From an uncultured Candidatus Peribacteria bacterium (GTDB lineage: Bacteria > Patescibacteriota > Gracilibacteria > Peribacterales > Peribacteraceae): a DNA stretch of 41,504 bases. The notes below the pieces were generated by a model that was given only the letters and a program-made list of their open reading frames with translations, made no database searches and was not told the origin of the DNA. Every line of letters begins with the position of its first letter. Position 1 is the stretch's first letter. The stretch covers positions 1-41,504 of the forward strand of contig CAYGDT010000001.1 of the NCBI GenBank assembly GCA_964348745.1, given 5' to 3'. This document shows positions 1 through 7,971 of the stretch, piece by piece. A program made the translations under genes and the position numbers.

Positions 1-11
1 GCATTCCCCTT

Positions 12-1460
12 ATGGAACACGCGAGCAACACGGGATCTAAAAACTTTCATGGTACACCTCTCTCCGACGCAGAAGCTAAGGAAGCGCTCGCAGGTCTGCC
101 ACCACTGGAAGATGCAACGGTCGCCTACGCACCGCACAGGAAATCCGAAGCTGCGCGATACGCAAAAGGTCACACAGAAACCGACATCCCCCTCACCTTT
201 GATGCAAAGAAACTCAAGGGTTATGTACGTGCTATCACTCCGGAGAAAGGATCGGCGCGGAAGGATTTTGGCGCGACGCATCTTATGAGTCTGATGAAAG
301 CAGATCCGCGCATCGTTGTACTGCACGCAGATTTGGCGGGTTCCGGAGGATTCGACGCAGTGGAGAAGGTCTATCCGGATCGATGCATCAACGTCGGCGT
401 CGCAGAAGCTAATATGTACATGATGGCGGCAGGCATGCGCCAGACGGGTCTTCTGCCCGTCACCTATACCTTCGCCGCTTTCGGTACGAATGAAGCCCGC
501 GCAAACGCAAGACTGATCGACATAAACTGCGGACACACGCGCTGCGGGGTTCTCCATGACTGTACGCATGCGGGTCTCTCGGTCGGTGAAGATGGCGAAA
601 CGCATCAGGAACGCCATTACCTCAATGTGCCGTTTGATCATACGGAAATCTGGATGACTGCAGATTCTAACCAAGCAGGTGCCATGGCGGAACGCGCAAT
701 GGAGAAAATTGCAGAAGGCCACACGAGTGTGTACACATTCTTCCCTCGCGACGGGCACGAGCAGCTGAAAGATCCGAATGGAGCAATTCTCTACGGGAAA
801 GACTACACGTTCGACGGCAAGATTGATTTGATGCGCGGGAAAGGAACCGTCGAAGATGACATCACAGTGATTGCAACCGGCATTCCTGTCCATGCCGCTC
901 TTCAAGCTATTGATTCCCTTAGCCAAACACCCGGCACGAAGCGCCCTCTTTCCATCCGCGTACTCAACGTTTCGTGCATCCGTCCGATCGATGTTGCAAC
1001 GATCATACAGGCGGCTCTGGAAACGGGACATCTGATCGTCGTCGAAGACCACAGTAGTGAAGGCGGTCTTGCCTCGCAGGTAGCAGACATCATCGCCGAT
1101 TTTGCACTTCCTTGTTCGCTGCGTCGACTCGGCGTCAATCACTATTTCCCGTCTGCTCCCGCATCAGACCTCTATGTAATGGCGGGGATCGATAGTGGCA
1201 GCATCGCCGATGCGATCGAAGACGAAGTACGTACCGAAGTCTGCGGAGGAGAGGATGCATTCGTTTCAGCTATTCACGAAATGGTGCATAACATCAATCA
1301 CTCTCGATTCCGAGCCGCAGCACTGCCATTCGTTGAAAAGTTGACGGAGCAAAAGGGGTATCTTGATACTCTGCGTGCCTACTGGGCGGGGAGGAATTGC
1401 GAGAAAGAAAAACTTCCGAACAATACGGATCTGATCAATACGTTGAAGAATATGCTCTAA
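12..1460 (+). CDS. Transketolase-family protein with pyrimidine-binding and C-terminal domains (C-terminal subunit of a split transketolase), carrying extra N- and C-terminal extensions
   Basis: 482-aa ORF. Motifs DLAGSGG, INVGVAEANM (cofactor-activating Glu) and HAGLSVGEDGETHQ match the Pyr domain of transketolase-like enzymes. No PP (diphosphate-binding) domain is present, so a partner subunit is expected upstream of the window. Confidence 0.75.
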   Translation: MEHASNTGSKNFHGTPLSDAEAKEALAGLPPLEDATVAYAPHRKSEAARYAKGHTETDIPLTFDAKKLKGYVRAITPEKGSARKDFGATHLMSLMKADPRIVVLHADLAGSGGFDAVEKVYPDRCINVGVAEANMYMMAAGMRQTGLLPVTYTFAAFGTNEARANARLIDINCGHTRCGVLHDCTHAGLSVGEDGETHQERHYLNVPFDHTEIWMTADSNQAGAMAERAMEKIAEGHTSVYTFFPRDGHEQLKDPNGAILYGKDYTFDGKIDLMRGKGTVEDDITVIATGIPVHAALQAIDSLSQTPGTKRPLSIRVLNVSCIRPIDVATIIQAALETGHLIVVEDHSSEGGLASQVADIIADFALPCSLRRLGVNHYFPSAPASDLYVMAGIDSGSIADAIEDEVRTEVCGGEDAFVSAIHEMVHNINHSRFRAAALPFVEKLTEQKGYLDTLRAYWAGRNCEKEKLPNNTDLINTLKNML

Positions 1461-1464
1461 TGAC

Positions 1465-2208
1465 ATGCACGGAAGCTCTCTACTCATCGTCTTTCTTGCA
1501 AGCATGCTGGGTGGATTTTACGGAACAAGTGCCGGAGGAGGCGGACTTGTTATCATGGGAAGCCTGATTCTGATGGGTATCAGTCCAAAAGAAGCCGTTC
1601 CCGTTGTGATGGCAGGCGGTCTTGGCATGTGTATGGTCAACTGGTTTGTCTTTCATCGTGCCAAGAACATCGACTACCCGCTTGCATGGCGATTGGCTGT
1701 CATCGTGATCATTGGCTCGGTGATCGGTACGCGGATACTGATTTCAATATCCGATAGCATGATGAATCGCATCATTGCCATTGCCTTCGTATTCATTCTG
1801 CTCAGCGTCATCTTTAACAAGCAAATCGGTACCATTTCAAAACACACCTCTTCTCGTAGGAAAATTGTCGGCACTGCTGTGTTTGGATTGCTCGGCATCT
1901 ATCTTTCTTTGATCAACGCCGGAACGGCAATTTTTGGCAATTACGTACTGGCAACATTTTTTGGAAAGACATTTCTCGAAAGCTCGGGCGACCGCACGAT
2001 CATTTTCACTCCAGGCCTACTGATCGGCTTCATACTATATGCAGTTGCAGGCACGCTGGACTGGCAATTGGTGGCAATGACGTTTGTAGGCGCAGGACTC
2101 GGTGGATTTCTTGGCTCACACTGGGCACTGCGAAAGGGCAATGGAGCAGTACGTGTGCTGTTTTTGGTGGTTATCGTTGCAACAATTCTTAAAATGCTTC
2201 TCGGATGA
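1465..2208 (+). CDS. TSUP (TauE/SafE, DUF81) family membrane permease
   Basis: 247 aa, almost entirely hydrophobic with about 7-8 predicted TM segments. Gly-rich motifs occur in both halves (GGFYGTSAGGGGLV and GAGLGGFLGS), as is typical of the internally duplicated TauE/SafE fold. It starts 5 nt after the upstream stop. Confidence 0.6.
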   Translation: MHGSSLLIVFLASMLGGFYGTSAGGGGLVIMGSLILMGISPKEAVPVVMAGGLGMCMVNWFVFHRAKNIDYPLAWRLAVIVIIGSVIGTRILISISDSMMNRIIAIAFVFILLSVIFNKQIGTISKHTSSRRKIVGTAVFGLLGIYLSLINAGTAIFGNYVLATFFGKTFLESSGDRTIIFTPGLLIGFILYAVAGTLDWQLVAMTFVGAGLGGFLGSHWALRKGNGAVRVLFLVVIVATILKMLLG

Positions 2209-2240
2209 TTGAGGAAGTAACGAAGCTGTTTATATATAAA

Positions 2241-2765
2241 TCAAGCTGCCGTTTCTTCTGATGGCATAAACTCTAGAAGTCCATTACGATCACGAAGATT
2301 GCGACGATCATCATAGATCGTATTCCTACTATCACCTAGTCGCCCAGGCGGACTTTGACCACCATTCCATTCAGAAAATAACGTAACCGCTCTAGCAGTT
2401 ATTGCCCTCAATACTCTTTCTCTTGCTTCCAAATACACTTCATGTGACTCTCCACTCTGAGGAACAAGCCTTTTATATTCAAATAGTGCCTCTCTATCGA
2501 TCCAATCTGACATACCTTGCCCTCTATACCCCGCATGATTCTGGTGATGTGCAGAAAGACACCACTCTGTGTGTAACCTGATTGCTATCATCCGTACGAA
2601 CCCCTCAGCCATTGTCTGAACTACTTCTCCATTACGGTTTGTTGTGAAGAGAACATATCCACCACTTTCAAACTCACGCATGATTGCCACTATATCAGAA
2701 TTCTTAACTAATTCGCCATATGTGCCAAGGACATCGTGCCCGTGTATGTCTAGATCTTCAGCCAT
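2241..2765 (-). CDS. Hypothetical protein (174 aa), orphan
   Basis: Clean ATG-initiated ORF with no signal peptide and no motif I recognise. It lies on the 3-prime side of tRNA-Ser and looks AT-richer than its neighbours by eye. Confidence 0.5.
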   Translation of the reverse strand: MAEDLDIHGHDVLGTYGELVKNSDIVAIMREFESGGYVLFTTNRNGEVVQTMAEGFVRMIAIRLHTEWCLSAHHQNHAGYRGQGMSDWIDREALFEYKRLVPQSGESHEVYLEARERVLRAITARAVTLFSEWNGGQSPPGRLGDSRNTIYDDRRNLRDRNGLLEFMPSEETAA

Positions 2766-2931
2766 AGCGCAAGATTTTACTACTTCCTGATCGGTTGTAA
2801 AGGTGAATGACAGAGCCTCTTCAGATTAATCTGACGTGGTTTATAGCTGTACAGTACCCCTACGCTCCCAATGGGAGCTTCGGGGGACAACCTGCGCGAA
2901 TATTTAAAAATGATAGCATGCGTTTGGCCTG

Positions 2932-2962
2932 CCAACCGAAGCGCCGAAGGCGCGCAGGTTGG
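2932..2962 (-). other. tRNA-Ser 3-prime trailer hairpin that includes the encoded CCA
   Basis: Minus-strand RNA reads CCAACC-UGC-GCGCC-UUC-GGCGC-UUC-GGUUGG (6 bp / 3x3 internal loop / 5 bp / triloop). The first CCA is the tRNA 3-prime end. Confidence 0.6.
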
Positions 2963-3049
2963 CGGAGGGAGAGGGATTCGAACCCTCGAGACCCGTGAGG
3001 GTCTGGCAGTTTTCAAGACTGCTACCTTCAACCACTCGGTCATCCCTCC
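2960..3049 (-). tRNA. tRNA-Ser (anticodon UGA), long variable arm, CCA encoded
   Basis: Reverse complement reads GGAGGGATGACCGAGTGGTTGAAGGTAGCAGTCTTGAAAACTGCCAGACCCTCACGGGTCTCGAGGGTTCGAATCCCTCTCCCTCCGCCA. The 7-bp acceptor stem is GGAGGGA/TCCCTCC. The anticodon stem is GCAGT/ACTGC with loop CTTGAAA. It has a GGTTCGAATCC T-arm and a long variable arm. Confidence 0.92.
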
Positions 3050-3095
3050 GGAAGATACTTTACCTCAAATAGCAAAGAACACCATTCACCCGTTT

Positions 3096-3125
3096 TAAAA
3101 AGCCCCGCGATAGCGGGGCTTTTAT
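3096..3125. terminator. Bidirectional rho-independent terminator
   Basis: AAAAAGCCCCGC-GATA-GCGGGGCTTTT: an 8-bp GC-rich stem flanked by an A-run and a T-run. It lies about 40 nt downstream of the stop of the 3162-3917 gene and separates that operon from tRNA-Ser. Confidence 0.75.
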
Positions 3126-3161
3126 AGATCTCATTGGGAGTGCGCTTAAGAAGCGTGATCC

Positions 3162-3917
3162 TCAGGTATCATTAGCCGTAGTAAAGTCTACTTCGACTTG
3201 GTAATTACCAGATGGCTGCAAACGAGACGATCCGATTTCTACACGGAATCCTACGTAGTGATTATCACCTGCATCACTTGTAGGCGTCGTTGCACTAGCA
3301 AATGCGATGGACGATCCGGAAGCAACGCGTGCCCATTTTTCCGAGGCAGCATCTGTTCCCCACTCTGTGGAATTGATATCGACTGCGGCGTTGTTCTCGC
3401 TGAATACGTCGCTTGTCGAAGAAAGGCGTGCACCCCATTCGGCATCTGTCGCAGAGACGTTACCGGACCATGTTACTGTCGTGGTTTGCGCATCATTGCT
3501 GTTGTTGTAACGGAACGGTAAGATTTTATCCTCATACTGGTTGATCATGTATCCCGTGCTTGTTCCGCCTGTTCCGGTGGTGACTTGCCAGTTGAGAGTG
3601 TAGCCAGTGGTGTTATTGGACTTTACGTTGCAGTGGATATCGCGAGCAGTATTGTACTGGCCGACATCTCCACCAACACCGATGGATCCAAGCGCTAGAT
3701 TTTCATTGTCTCCGTTACTATCGCTGTTTTCATCACCACAGGAAAGTATCGAAGCTGTAGCGGTTACTGTAACGGAAACTTTGCCGTTCGTGTCGGTTGC
3801 TGCAAATCCACGAGCAGGTTCGACGACTAAAACAGCGACGAGGTAGAGGGCAACAGTTGCCGCAATACCAGTTGTAAGAATGCGCATGATGCGCTCTGGG
3901 GAAAGTAAAGTAATCAT
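3162..3917 (-). CDS. Secreted surface protein with a two-Cys beta-sandwich domain (WxL-like or SCPU-like; tentative)
   Basis: 251 aa with an N-terminal signal/anchor (ILTTGIAATVALYLVAVLVV). From about aa 53 to the end it is a clear paralog of the C-terminus of the 8486-10459 protein. Shared motifs: L-S/V-C...LxLGSI...C-x-V, GY[TS]L[NS]W, TG[TS]GGT[SA]TG[YH]MI, EWG, SEKW, V[GE][FS]R[VA]E[IV]GSS[RK][LI]QPSG[NT]Y-x-V-x-VDF. Confidence 0.7.
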   Translation of the reverse strand: MITLLSPERIMRILTTGIAATVALYLVAVLVVEPARGFAATDTNGKVSVTVTATASILSCGDENSDSNGDNENLALGSIGVGGDVGQYNTARDIHCNVKSNNTTGYTLNWQVTTGTGGTSTGYMINQYEDKILPFRYNNSNDAQTTTVTWSGNVSATDAEWGARLSSTSDVFSENNAAVDINSTEWGTDAASEKWARVASGSSIAFASATTPTSDAGDNHYVGFRVEIGSSRLQPSGNYQVEVDFTTANDT

Positions 3918-3980
3918 ATATATATGTGTGTGTAATAAATAAAACGTTGATATTATAACACACTTTTGTAATAAATCAAA

Positions 3981-5684
3981 TCAATCGCTGCAGATGTCGG
4001 TATCAGGTATACAAGAATTTGTGATGAATCCGCTTTCCAGTACACAATTCCCGAGTCGTGAGCATTCCACTGCATCACAGAAATTCCAACTCCCTGCCCC
4101 GCACATTCCACAGGAATCACACTGAGAATCATTGAATATATCCATTGTGACAGTCGGTCCCGTCGTCTCTATGGGAGCAGATGCTTGCAAGATTGACTCA
4201 TCCTCTTCTATAACCCAATTCTCCCGCTCAATGACAACTACATCATACTGGGTGCAACTCTTGTTACCTTCCAAGGCACGATAGAACATCGTGATAAATT
4301 CCGCGCGATTCACCGGATCATCAGGCCGCATGGTGCCTGTTACTGCATCTCCCTGAAGGATGCAAAGATACACTGCGGAGCTGACAACATCTGTGTACCA
4401 AGCACCCGTTGGCACATCGTAGAACAAGGGGTGCTCCATCGATATCGACGTAGCTGATTGAATTCCCAAATACCTCAGTATCAATGCTGCGGCCTGACTG
4501 CGGGTCAAAGCATCCGCCGGAGCAGCAAAGCAAGGCCTGCTTTTGCCATAGCAATCGTTATACCCACGGATCCAATTCTCCGAAGCTGCATTATCGATGT
4601 AGTGGGCATACCAAGCCTGCGGATCCACATCATCAAAGAAACCGCGTGGTACATCGCCACGGCTACCTTTTGCTATTGTCAAAATTTTAGCCGCTTCGGA
4701 GCGAAAAATTCGCTTATCTGGCTCAAAATGCGTACGAGTCGAATCGAGTGCATTCCTACGAAGGAAATACTCAACACCTTCTGCATACCAATTGTCAGTA
4801 GAAACATCGAGATAGGGAATTGATGCAATAAGTGGCAGAGCCTCCTCAACAGTTGGGTGAGGAACGGCATCTATTGTTTCAGTCTGTTGCGATTCTGGAA
4901 TCAAACTGCCGGTAGTGGAGGTTGACGGAGCTACACCAATTCGCGTATCCGAAACGGTGTTAGACGTAACTTGCACTTGACTCAGTCTCCGTGTTCGTCC
5001 CTGTGCAGCTCTGTCATCCCCTGCAACAGATCCTGCACTGCTGCTTGATCCTCCTCCAACGCCTTCGCCATCTTCACTCAATTGAAGAGTGAGACTTACG
5101 ACAGCATCGAGGACATCTACATCACCGTCGCCATTTTCAGTCATATTCGTATCCGTCGTGTCTCCCGCTGTAAAATCGAATGCCAGCGTATAGGAACTCT
5201 GTGCGGAGAGAACTTTAAAATAGAGATGCGCAAAGAGCGCGTCATCCGGCGCACTGCCGGTATTGACCGGACTTGTTCCAGAGGAATCGTATCCGGTTAC
5301 GTACAGTATCCCGTTACTGATTGCGTTGCCCGAATTTGGGTACGCGGTAAATAGTCCGTCCGTTATCGCAGAAGTTGCAGGTGAGCCGGAACAGAGTGCA
5401 TTGTCATACGGTTCCAGAAGCTCTGTGGAGTACGGCAGAATAATGTCTACCGAATTACTGTCCAAAGAATCGGTCTGCACGCGAATATTTACACGAACGC
5501 AGTCACCGACCGCGTAGGAAGTTTCTCCTGTTGAGCTAACGACAGAAATGATCTGTCCTGCAGTGGCATACGCATGCTGCGATCCGGATAGAATCAATAC
5601 TGCAATGCTGACGCCGTAGAGGAATAGAAATTTGCAACGGAGAAAAGACTTGAAATGCCGATGCAGGGAATGTTCAGAGTTCAT
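3981..5684 (-). CDS. Secreted cohesin-like + 3x SLH-domain protein with a Cys-rich C-terminal tail
   Basis: The first ATG is at 5684; the track start at 5699 is TTG. Signal peptide runs to ...SQHAYA. Track aa 48-205 look cohesin-like (VRVNIRV...VDIILPY...LFAHLYFKV...YTLAFDF), followed by a Gly/Ser/Thr linker. Three SLH-type repeats follow (YLDVSTDNWYAEGVEYF, FDDVDPQAWYAHYIDNA, FYDVPTGAWYTDVVSSA). The last about 50 aa hold 10 Cys. Confidence 0.7.
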   Translation of the reverse strand: MNSEHSLHRHFKSFLRCKFLFLYGVSIAVLILSGSQHAYATAGQIISVVSSTGETSYAVGDCVRVNIRVQTDSLDSNSVDIILPYSTELLEPYDNALCSGSPATSAITDGLFTAYPNSGNAISNGILYVTGYDSSGTSPVNTGSAPDDALFAHLYFKVLSAQSSYTLAFDFTAGDTTDTNMTENGDGDVDVLDAVVSLTLQLSEDGEGVGGGSSSSAGSVAGDDRAAQGRTRRLSQVQVTSNTVSDTRIGVAPSTSTTGSLIPESQQTETIDAVPHPTVEEALPLIASIPYLDVSTDNWYAEGVEYFLRRNALDSTRTHFEPDKRIFRSEAAKILTIAKGSRGDVPRGFFDDVDPQAWYAHYIDNAASENWIRGYNDCYGKSRPCFAAPADALTRSQAAALILRYLGIQSATSISMEHPLFYDVPTGAWYTDVVSSAVYLCILQGDAVTGTMRPDDPVNRAEFITMFYRALEGNKSCTQYDVVVIERENWVIEEDESILQASAPIETTGPTVTMDIFNDSQCDSCGMCGAGSWNFCDAVECSRLGNCVLESGFITNSCIPDTDICSD

Positions 5685-6267
5685 CGCCGGTGGTGCCAAG
5701 ATTAGAAACGGCTATTGTCAGATCAATACCATTGACGATACCGTCAAAATTTAGGTCTTCTGCACCATCTGCACCACGGAGCGTATTAGAAATTTGCGTC
5801 ACATCATCCGCACTGATGGCATTATCGTCATTCACATCCCCTGTATAGAGCTTATTTGTGCCGGTGGTGAAATCGATCTGCACTCCCTGCTGTAGCAACA
5901 CAGACAGCTTTTTACGTTTGAGATGTGACGGCGAAAATAAGAGCAATCGATAGATGCCAGGCGGTGCTTTATAGATACGCACCGGTGGAGCCACGCCCGC
6001 GGCATTGACACGGAATTTAATCCGTTCGATCAGTTGCGAACCAAGAAGCGGGTAGATCTCTAAGGTAAGATCGGTCGGTCCACGGCTCTTTTGTGGAGCG
6101 GCAAGTATATCGATAGAATACAAAGGATTGAGCACTGTTACGCCAATGGATACTGCAGAGAGAAGGGGGCTAACGGAAATTCCTGCAAAAATCAAAGAAA
6201 GCATTCCAAAGACACAGAGAAGAAGAGTACATCGCATTCCGAAGCGCTTTGCAGTTGGTTTTTGCAT
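5674..6267 (-). CDS. Membrane-anchored or secreted protein with a C-terminal dockerin-type (double EF-hand-like) module
   Basis: 197 aa with an N-terminal hydrophobic signal. The C-terminus GDVNDDNAISADDVTQISN...EDLNFDGIVNGIDLTIAVSN carries two D-x-N-x-D-x-x-I-x-x-x-D calcium-loop repeats typical of dockerins. Its stop overlaps the ATG of the cohesin/SLH gene (ATGAACTCTGA, 11-nt overlap). Confidence 0.65.
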   Translation of the reverse strand: MQKPTAKRFGMRCTLLLCVFGMLSLIFAGISVSPLLSAVSIGVTVLNPLYSIDILAAPQKSRGPTDLTLEIYPLLGSQLIERIKFRVNAAGVAPPVRIYKAPPGIYRLLLFSPSHLKRKKLSVLLQQGVQIDFTTGTNKLYTGDVNDDNAISADDVTQISNTLRGADGAEDLNFDGIVNGIDLTIAVSNLGTTGDEL

Positions 6268-6281
6268 ATCATACTATTCTA

Positions 6282-7343
6282 TCACACTTTTCGCTTTATT
6301 TCGAACCGACTTTTTACAAACTGCACCAAGAAGGAAACTGTAAATATTGCCAATAATACAAGAAGCGTTGGAACGAGGGGAATGACGAGAAACGATGATT
6401 TCAACTGATTTGCTGGTAATGAATCGCCTGTTTTCACCTCAAAGTGGATATCCGAAGAAACGGTATAGTAGCCAAAGGCAAACTTCGGCAACCACTCGAT
6501 ATACTTGGTATGAGCAGTACCTCGAAGGACATGCCATGTTGGAAGGCTTATCTCATCAACGGGAATGCCAAAAATATTTCGAAACGTCAGTGATCCGACT
6601 GGTGCAATTTGTACCGTTCCTGCATTTCTGACCGTTGCTAACATTCGTGCCGGCAATGACCAGTTAATAAACCGCTCTGGCTTCAGCGAGATAAACGAAC
6701 CGTTCGTAATAACGTCACCCCGCACAGAAACGACAAAGATAATTGAGGTGTAGGCATTCACTTTCACGCCTCCCGACTTTTCTGTCAGCTGTTTTCTCTT
6801 GATCATAATCGCAGCCATATGGTCTCCTGCATCGGCTTTTGCCGGAATTGTCAGCGTGATGGGAATCGTCACCAATTCACCATGGTGCAGCGCGATTTCC
6901 TTCACAGACGGTTGCAACCATTCCTTTGCGGGAAACGGACCGACTTGTCCGGGCTGGTAGAAACGTGGTGTGCCCGATTCCGGATCTGCGCCGAGATCAC
7001 GAACGTAGACTTCGAAAATTGCATCCTCTCCGGCTTTACTGAGGATGGTGATTGTACGCACCAGCTCATCACCCGGATCTGCTACTTCAAAAAATGAACC
7101 CGGTTGCAAGAGAAACCCGCCGTCAACCAGCACATTACTGTTGCGGTTGATGTGAATATCTACAGGACGGGCATCGAATGCATCATCGAGCAGCTGGCGC
7201 TCCTTATCCTCCAATACCTTCTGCTCATCAATGACTTCCTTGCTCAGCAAGCCTGCGGCATTGATTTCCTGCGCGGCAATCGCCGGTGAACCTGCAAAAA
7301 ATATGCAGAGAGAAAACGAAAAGAGAGCTGGGAATGAAATCAT
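6282..7343 (-). CDS. Surface protein with signal peptide and C-terminal TM anchor, DUF916/DUF3324-like (partner of WxL-type proteins; tentative)
   Basis: Start chosen at the ATG giving signal peptide MISFPALFSFSLCIFFAGSPAIAAQE; the track start at 7391 adds 16 unlikely residues. Two beta-rich halves are present (FFEVADPGDELVRTITI..., VRNAGTVQIAPVGSLTFRNIFG...FGYYTV). A single C-terminal TM segment is followed by a basic tail (KSRFEIKRKV). This layout matches my recollection of DUF916+DUF3324 proteins in Firmicutes WxL/Csc loci. Confidence 0.55.
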   Translation of the reverse strand: MISFPALFSFSLCIFFAGSPAIAAQEINAAGLLSKEVIDEQKVLEDKERQLLDDAFDARPVDIHINRNSNVLVDGGFLLQPGSFFEVADPGDELVRTITILSKAGEDAIFEVYVRDLGADPESGTPRFYQPGQVGPFPAKEWLQPSVKEIALHHGELVTIPITLTIPAKADAGDHMAAIMIKRKQLTEKSGGVKVNAYTSIIFVVSVRGDVITNGSFISLKPERFINWSLPARMLATVRNAGTVQIAPVGSLTFRNIFGIPVDEISLPTWHVLRGTAHTKYIEWLPKFAFGYYTVSSDIHFEVKTGDSLPANQLKSSFLVIPLVPTLLVLLAIFTVSFLVQFVKSRFEIKRKV

Positions 7344-7399
7344 CAGTTGCAGCCTATCGACTCTGGATAGAAAAATCCAGAGCAGGTACACTGCAAATC

Positions 7400-7957
7400 A
7401 TGAAGAAAAAAATCTCACTGCTACTCGCTGCTATCGTCATTGCATTCTGCGGATTTATTGCAAGCGTACTGTATTCCTCCTATACGCTCTCGACGCAGAT
7501 TCAAGAGCATGCTGACAACATGACAAAGTATTACGACAAGACGATTACCGAGAATATCCATCCCCTTTTGACACGTGAGCGACTTCTGCCGAATCAGAAG
7601 CGAAATGCTATGCAAATCAAGGAAATGCAAGAATCCATGATGAATGCACAAACTCTCAACGAGAGAATGACAGCAATCCAAAATGTTCAACGGTCATCAC
7701 AGGTTTTTTTGCAGTCAGCTCGAAACGCATCAGGTTCGTTGGTTGAAGACAATCATCTGCAATCCTTTGCGCGCGATATGGGAGAGCAAGGTTCCATCCG
7801 CAAAACTATAGAAGAATATAACGATCTGGCTGGCATGCTCAATGCTCAAAAAAAGTCACTGATAGCTTCACTCCAAGACGAACCGTCACAGGAACTGCCA
7901 CTGCTTCGCTTCGACGGAAGCGTTCCGGATATCGGGAAAATTCAGCTTGGTGAATGA
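7400..7957 (+). CDS. N-terminally membrane-anchored helical protein, weakly LemA-like
   Basis: Start at ATG 7400 gives MKKKISLLLAAIVIAFCGFIASVL. The rest is predicted helical. The C-terminal stretch LVEDNHLQSFARDMGEQGSIRKTIEEYNDLAGMLN loosely resembles the LemA C-terminal region. It is the only plus-strand gene inside the minus-strand surface locus. Confidence 0.45.
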   Translation: MKKKISLLLAAIVIAFCGFIASVLYSSYTLSTQIQEHADNMTKYYDKTITENIHPLLTRERLLPNQKRNAMQIKEMQESMMNAQTLNERMTAIQNVQRSSQVFLQSARNASGSLVEDNHLQSFARDMGEQGSIRKTIEEYNDLAGMLNAQKKSLIASLQDEPSQELPLLRFDGSVPDIGKIQLGE

Positions 7958-7971
7958 CAATCAATAACTTT

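Noticed and set aside
2780-3098. Track ORFs 2780-3043 (-), 2807-2998 (+) and 2871-3098 (+)
   Set aside because: They overlap the tRNA-Ser gene and its trailer hairpin and have no protein-like features. They are explained by the RNA gene.
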